A stretch of 64,000 nt of DNA from an uncultured Acidimicrobiaceae bacterium (GTDB lineage: Bacteria; Actinomycetota; Acidimicrobiia; Acidimicrobiales; RAAP-2), in contig CAWGMU010000003.1 in assembly GCA_963823815.1 (NCBI GenBank), positions 326,442 to 390,441 on the forward strand, written 5' to 3'. Shown here piece after piece: positions 59,126 to 64,000 of this stretch. The translations under genes were made by a program, and so were the position numbers. The notes beneath the pieces are model-generated. The model had not been told where the DNA came from and ran no database searches. It saw nothing but the letters and a program-made list of their open reading frames with translations. Position 1 is the first letter of the stretch. The number at the start of each line of letters is the position of its first letter.

Positions 59126-60992
59126 TGAAGTCGCTTCTATCGGAAAGCTCGACATACTCCACCTCCTCCAGCAAGGTCATGGCCCCCGCGCGTTCGCGCA
59201 GACTGAGGAGCGTCATCTTCGCGCCTTCACCGGCGACGTTGCCGGCGCTGACGATGCGCAGCAGCGGGAGCTTTGGCACGAGACCCAAGCGAACGGCGCT
59301 CGCTGGTGAGAGGTAGCTCCCGAAGGAGCCGGCGAGCAGGACCTGCTGGAGGTCCTCGACGGCGAGCCCCGCCTCTTCGAGCAGTATGCGCCATCCGGTC
59401 GCGATCGCGGCCTTCGCGAACTGCAGCTCGCGGACGTCGCGCTGTGAGAGATAGATCGACTGTTCGACGTCGCCCTCGTCGCCGAGCCAGTGCACGACAA
59501 AGACGCGGTGCTCGCCCAACTGGGTCAATCGGTCGGCGACCCCGGGCGCGAGAGTTGCGGCCTCGTCGTCGCTCACGAATCGACCCGACGAGTCGATGAG
59601 CTTCAGCTCCACCAGTTCGGCTACGACGTCGACGAGTCCCGATCCGCACAGTCCGAGTGGTTCGGCGTCGCCGATGACGCCGAGCTCGATCCCATCGGCG
59701 CGCACCTTGACGACCTCAATGGCGCCCGGCGCGGCGCGCATCCCGCAGCGGATGGCGGCGCCTTCGAAGGCCGGACCCGCCGGCGCGGCCGTCGCGAGAA
59801 GGCGATCGCTGTTGCCGACGACCACTTCGCAGTTGGTGCCGATGTCGAGGAAGAGCCGCACGCGAGAGTCCCGGTCCATGCCCGACGCCAAGAGCCCCGC
59901 AATGATGTCCCCGCCGACGTAGGCGCCCAGCGCCGGGAAGACCACCGCGCGAGCTCGTTCGTGCACGTTGACGCCGACGTCGCTCGCGAGGATCTCGGGG
60001 AAGAACTTCGTTGACATGATGAAGGGCGCGACACCGAGCGCCTCGGGGTCGATGCCCAGCACGACGTGGGTCATGGTGGCGTTGCCCGCGATCGCCACTT
60101 CGTAGACCTCGCTCGGATTGACGCCGCCCTCTAGACAGACGGCCTGGGCGAGCTCGTCGAGCGACTCGTGGGCCAGCTGGGTCAACCGCTCGAGTGCCCG
60201 AATGTCCATCATGATGGCGCTGATGCGCGTGATCACGTCGGCGCCGAAGGGCTGCTGCTTGTTGAGCATCGAGTGCACCGCGACGGGCGTGCCGGTCGAG
60301 AGGTCGAGCAGCGTCGCGACGACGGTCGTCGTGCCGAGGTCGAAGGCGATGGCGAAGTTGCGTTCGGTGGTGTCGCCGGGCTCCACCGCGATCAGGACGT
60401 CATCGACGACAACGGCGGTCACCTTGTAGTCGTTCGCGCGCAGCACCGTGCCGAGTGAGCGCAGCACGCTGAGCTCGGGCCGCAACTCGAGGTCGTCAAG
60501 GGCCGCGAAGAGCCGATCGAGGTCGGTCGTCTGGTCCGACAGCGAAGGTGCCGCGAGCTCCACGTAGCGCTTCTGGACGGCGGGGCGCAGGATGACTTTG
60601 CGTCCGACACCGACGGTCGCCGCCTTCGGCCGAGTGACCAGTGGCGGGACCTCGACGTGGAGGTTGCTCGTAACTTCCACGCGGCAGGCGAGTCGCCAGC
60701 CAGCGCGCAGCTCGTCGGTCGAGTAGGCGCGGGTGTCGAGCGCGGTGATCGGCGCAGCCCCGTCGAGAACCTTGACCTTGCATTTGCGGCACGTGCCGTG
60801 ACCGCCACAGGTGGAGTCGATGGCGACCCCGTTCCAGCTCGCGGCGTCAAAGAGGATGACACCCGGCGGCACGCGAACCTTGCGTCCGGCCGGTTCGAAA
60901 AGGAGGTCGAATCGGCCCCGCGCGTCTCCGGTGAGACCACCCGTTGATCCCGCGAGCGGTTCGTCGTCGCGAAGCGTTCGGGCCTCGCTCAT
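59088..60992 (-). CDS. Reductive activator of corrinoid proteins (2Fe-2S plus ASKHA ATPase, RACE/RamA-like)
   Basis: CGGHGTCRKC...RLAC, DLGTTT, GADVITRI, DIGTN.E, AGPAFEG, CGSG and LAGSFG. Confidence 0.92.
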   Translation of the reverse strand: MSEARTLRDDEPLAGSTGGLTGDARGRFDLLFEPAGRKVRVPPGVILFDAASWNGVAIDSTCGGHGTCRKCKVKVLDGAAPITALDTRAYSTDELRAGWRLACRVEVTSNLHVEVPPLVTRPKAATVGVGRKVILRPAVQKRYVELAAPSLSDQTTDLDRLFAALDDLELRPELSVLRSLGTVLRANDYKVTAVVVDDVLIAVEPGDTTERNFAIAFDLGTTTVVATLLDLSTGTPVAVHSMLNKQQPFGADVITRISAIMMDIRALERLTQLAHESLDELAQAVCLEGGVNPSEVYEVAIAGNATMTHVVLGIDPEALGVAPFIMSTKFFPEILASDVGVNVHERARAVVFPALGAYVGGDIIAGLLASGMDRDSRVRLFLDIGTNCEVVVGNSDRLLATAAPAGPAFEGAAIRCGMRAAPGAIEVVKVRADGIELGVIGDAEPLGLCGSGLVDVVAELVELKLIDSSGRFVSDDEAATLAPGVADRLTQLGEHRVFVVHWLGDEGDVEQSIYLSQRDVRELQFAKAAIATGWRILLEEAGLAVEDLQQVLLAGSFGSYLSPASAVRLGLVPKLPLLRIVSAGNVAGEGAKMTLLSLRERAGAMTLLEEVEYVELSDRSDFNDRFVDQLAFPA

Positions 60993-61852
60993 TGGCCGCT
61001 CGCGGCCACCTGGGATCGATGGGTGGCGATCCACGCGGCCCCCCACGGGTCGCGATCGAGGAGGAGATCGCCGGCCTGAACGGCCCGCACCAATTGGGGC
61101 GTGCGCGCGTCCATGATCGCGCTCGTAAGCCCGCACTGCATCGCGATGGGCAAGAACGTCGCCCCGAGGGTTGCGCGATCGGGCATGCCGAAGGAGACGT
61201 TCGACGCGCCGAGGGTCATGTTCACCCCGAGTTCGTTATGGATCAGTGCAATGGTCTCCAAGGTCTTGGCGACAAGGGTGGTGTCCGCTCCGATGGGCAT
61301 CGCGAGCGGGTCGATGAGGACGTCTTCGACAGGGATGCCGTACTCGCCGGTCGCGACCGCCACGAGCTTTCGCGCGAGCTCGAGTCGCCGCTCGGGCTCG
61401 TAGGGGATCTCGTTCTCGTCGTTGGGCAGTCCGATGATCGCCGCGCCGTAGCGTTTCACGAGCGGCAGGATCGCCTCGAGCCGATCGTCCTCGGCGGTGA
61501 CCGAGTTGACGAGGGCCTTGCCTTGGTACGTCGCGAGTCCGGCGTCGAGGGCCTCGATGACCGAGGAGTCAATGCAAAGTGGTAGGTCGGTGAGTCCCTG
61601 AATCATGGTGACGGCCTGGATCATGAGGTCGACCTCGTCGGCGAGGGGGACGCCCATGTTGACGTCGAGCACCATGGCGCCGCCCGCGACCTGCTGGGCG
61701 ACGTCGATCGCGATGCGCGAGAGGTCGCCGGCGCGCAGCTGCTCTTGGAAGATGCTGCGCCCGGTCGGGTTGATGCGTTCCCCGATGATGCAGAACGGCT
61801 GGTCCACCCCGATGACCACTTCCTTGGTCGGCGAGGAGAGGACGGTGTGCAC
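60989..61852 (-). CDS. Methyltetrahydrofolate:corrinoid methyltransferase (pterin-binding domain, AcsE/MetH-like)
   Basis: IIGERINPTGR, LDVN, IDSS, NSV, IDPL and GASNVSFG.P. Confidence 0.92.
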   Translation of the reverse strand: MHTVLSSPTKEVVIGVDQPFCIIGERINPTGRSIFQEQLRAGDLSRIAIDVAQQVAGGAMVLDVNMGVPLADEVDLMIQAVTMIQGLTDLPLCIDSSVIEALDAGLATYQGKALVNSVTAEDDRLEAILPLVKRYGAAIIGLPNDENEIPYEPERRLELARKLVAVATGEYGIPVEDVLIDPLAMPIGADTTLVAKTLETIALIHNELGVNMTLGASNVSFGMPDRATLGATFLPIAMQCGLTSAIMDARTPQLVRAVQAGDLLLDRDPWGAAWIATHRSQVAASGQ

Positions 61853-61857
61853 GGCGA

Positions 61858-62523
61858 CTACGCCAGGGCCGTGGCGCGACGTCGCGCCAGGAGGTCCTTC
61901 GCCTTCTTCACGGCGGCCGACGCGTCCGAGGCGTAGCCGTCGGCTCCGACGGCGTCGGCGTACTCCTGGGTGACCGGGGCGCCGCCAACCATCACGATGA
62001 CCTTCTCACGCAGACCGGCCTTCTCGAGCACGTTCATGTTGGCCTTGAACATCGGCATCGTGGTCGTGAGGAACGCCGAGAAGCCGACGATGTCGGGCTT
62101 GTGCTCGATGATCGCTTCGACGAAGCGTTCGGGGGCGACCTGAACCCCGAGGTCGATCACGTGGAAGCCCGCGCCCTCGAGCATGATGTCGACCAGGTTC
62201 TTGCCGATGTCGTGCACGTCGCCCTTCACGGTGCCCATGACGAACGTGCCCACGGGTTCGACGCCGGTCTCGACCATGAGTGGCCGCAGGACCTCGAGTG
62301 CCCCGGCCATGGCGCGCCCCGCGATGAGCATCTCGGGTACGAAGAAGTCGCCACGCTCGAAGCGCGCGCCGACCTCCTCGAGCGAGGGGATGAGCGAGTC
62401 GAAGAGCAGGGTCTCGGGGGTGAGGCCCATGGCGAGGCCGGCGTTCGTGAGCTCGAGCACCACCGGCGCGTTGCCGAGCAGCGTGGCGTCGTACATCTCC
62501 TTTAAGAGCTCGTCCTGGTTCAC
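61858..62523 (-). CDS. Corrinoid (B12-binding) protein
   Basis: FVPEML, GTVKGDVHDIGKNLV (DxHxxG), S.FLTTT and GGAP. Confidence 0.95.
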   Translation of the reverse strand: MNQDELLKEMYDATLLGNAPVVLELTNAGLAMGLTPETLLFDSLIPSLEEVGARFERGDFFVPEMLIAGRAMAGALEVLRPLMVETGVEPVGTFVMGTVKGDVHDIGKNLVDIMLEGAGFHVIDLGVQVAPERFVEAIIEHKPDIVGFSAFLTTTMPMFKANMNVLEKAGLREKVIVMVGGAPVTQEYADAVGADGYASDASAAVKKAKDLLARRRATALA

Positions 62524-63308
62524 GCGGCCCCCCTCCTCTTCGCTCGGTACCCGAGGGTTGCTGACAACGCGTTCGCCTCATTGACGCACTGAGCGCCGAC
62601 CTGGCTGACGCGCGTCGCGCCGAAGCGCGTCGACGGTCCCGACACCGAGATCGCGGCGAGAACGACTCCGTCGGCCCGACGCACCGGTGCGGCAACGGCG
62701 ACGAGCCCGGACTCGAGCTCCTCGTTCGCGACGGCGAAGCCGCGTCGTCGGATCCGGGCCAACTCCGCGTCGAGTTCGGTCCGCGAGGTAATGGTCCTCG
62801 GGGTGAGGCGTTCGAGGCGCCCCGGGGGCAGCGTGGCCGCGCCGTAGGCGAGGAGGACCTTGCCGAGTGCCGTGCAGTGCAGCGGCTCGGAGCGGCCGAG
62901 CCAGTTGGTGCCGCCGAGCACGTAGCGGCTGTCGACCTGGGCGATCTGGACGACGAGGGCGTGACGGATGACCCCGAGGTTGACCGTCTCGCGACTGCGC
63001 TCGCCCAGACGTTCGAGGAAGGGCTGCGCGACGGCGGCGAGGTCGGTCTCGGCGTTCGCGCCGAGCGCGTAGCGCACGAAGGCCTCCCCGGGCACGAAGC
63101 CACTCGGGTCGCGGCGGAGCAGTCCATTGCGTTCGAGGGCACTGAGGATGCGCGACGCGGTGCTCTTGGCGAGTCCGGAGGTCTCGGTGAGTTCGGCGAA
63201 GCTGACCGGACGGGTCGCCTCGACGACGTGACGCACGAGCGCGGCGGCCCGGTCGATGGCCTGCGAGCCGGACGGCTTGGTCGTGGCGGTCGCTTGCACG
63301 GGTTCCAT
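62520..63308 (-). CDS. IclR-family regulator heading the corrinoid operon
   Basis: GLAKSTASRIL HTH, ETVNL, PLHCTALGK and AVAAPV. Confidence 0.93.
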   Translation of the reverse strand: MEPVQATATTKPSGSQAIDRAAALVRHVVEATRPVSFAELTETSGLAKSTASRILSALERNGLLRRDPSGFVPGEAFVRYALGANAETDLAAVAQPFLERLGERSRETVNLGVIRHALVVQIAQVDSRYVLGGTNWLGRSEPLHCTALGKVLLAYGAATLPPGRLERLTPRTITSRTELDAELARIRRRGFAVANEELESGLVAVAAPVRRADGVVLAAISVSGPSTRFGATRVSQVGAQCVNEANALSATLGYRAKRRGAA

Positions 63309-63385
63309 AGTACAGTACGAGGTTCTACAATGTGATTCGCGGCCTCAGGCGCGTGGCTGCTGATCTCGAGCGAAGTGGGGTGACG

Positions 63386-64000
63386 ATGTTCGTAAACAAG
63401 ATGGCCCGCTACGAGCTGCTCTCACCCGACGCGATCGAGGTCCTTGATCGCGGGTGGCGACGCATCGTCTCGGAGATCGGCGTGCAGTTCGTGAAGCCCG
63501 AGGCGACCGAGCTGTTCGCCAAGGCCGGACAGAAGGTGGACGGCCAGACCGTGTGGCTCGACCCCGACTTCGTGATGGAGCAGATCGCAAAGGCCCCAGG
63601 CGAGTTCGACGTCCAGGCGCGCAACCCGGCCAACAACGTCCACGTCGGTGGTGACGCCATGATCTTCTCTGGGGTGTACGGCCCCCCGTTCGTGCGCGCC
63701 GGTAGCGAGCGACGCGACGCCACGCTCGATGACTTCCGAAAGTTCTGCATGCTCGCCCAGAGTTTCCCCGAGCTGGACTCGGCCGGCGGGGTCATCTGCG
63801 AACCCAACGACGCGCCACTCGACTCACGGCACCTCGACATGATCTACGCCCTGCAGACGGTGACCGACAAGTTCTACATGGGCAACGTCGTCTCGGGCGT
63901 AAACGCGCGCGACACGATCAAGATGACCGAGATCCTCTTTGGCAGTCGCGAGACCATCGAGGAGACTCCCGCGACGATCTCGCTCATCAACTGCAACTCG
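63386..64000 (+). CDS. Trimethylamine methyltransferase (MttB) superfamily protein, 3' end outside window
   Basis: Manual translation MFVNKMARYELLS...EIGVQF...AP.EF...ARNP...YGPPFV...RRDATL.DF...CEPND.PLDSRHLD...INCNS matches the MttB N-half. Divergent from the corrinoid protein operon. Confidence 0.88.
   Translation, partial: MFVNKMARYELLSPDAIEVLDRGWRRIVSEIGVQFVKPEATELFAKAGQKVDGQTVWLDPDFVMEQIAKAPGEFDVQARNPANNVHVGGDAMIFSGVYGPPFVRAGSERRDATLDDFRKFCMLAQSFPELDSAGGVICEPNDAPLDSRHLDMIYALQTVTDKFYMGNVVSGVNARDTIKMTEILFGSRETIEETPATISLINCNS

Noticed and set aside
43507-64000. Direct link between the inositol cluster and the corrinoid system (O-demethylation of methyl-inositols)
   Set aside because: The MttB family acts on N-methyl groups, the clusters have separate regulators, and unrelated genes lie between them.

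Overview
A gene-dense, high-GC bacterial window. Gene content suggests Actinomycetota, possibly Acidimicrobiia (inference only). No rRNA, tRNA, CRISPR array, integrase or transposase was seen. Left to right: (1) 1-11 kb: a Moco biosynthesis and molybdate uptake cluster (mog/moaB, moaD, moeA, moaE, modA, fused modBC, HTH-TOBE regulator, moaA, moaC), preceded by a BNR beta-propeller plus ubiquitin-like pair and followed by a Tat-exported sulfite-oxidase-family enzyme plus cytochrome b. (2) 11-19 kb: MFS, rpiA, lon, peroxiredoxin, DsbA, a second sulfite-oxidase-family enzyme plus reductase, and an MBL hydrolase. (3) 19-31 kb: an IclR-associated sugar/sugar-acid catabolic island with unexpected amide hydrolases. 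(4) about 31.1-31.9 kb: a probable c-di-GMP-II riboswitch ahead of an unknown secreted protein that has an in-frame TAG. (5) 32-47.6 kb: inositol catabolism (iolC, aldolase, iolB, iolD, GntR, CUT1 ABC transporter, IolE-like, three Gfo/Idh/MocA enzymes). (6) 47.8-52.4 kb: accessory genes including an RHH-Doc toxin-antitoxin pair flanked by degenerate direct repeats. (7) 52.5-64 kb: a corrinoid-dependent methyl-transfer cluster (MttB family, corrinoid protein, methyl-THF methyltransferase, ASKHA activator, DUF1638, MetF) that continues into an uncharacterised nucleotidyltransferase, metallophosphoesterase and APC permease trio plus an aldehyde dehydrogenase. The best candidates for an undescribed system are that trio and the riboswitch-controlled secreted protein. 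Several single-base frameshifts at 30-41 kb may be sequencing errors. All calls come from motif reading, with no database searches.
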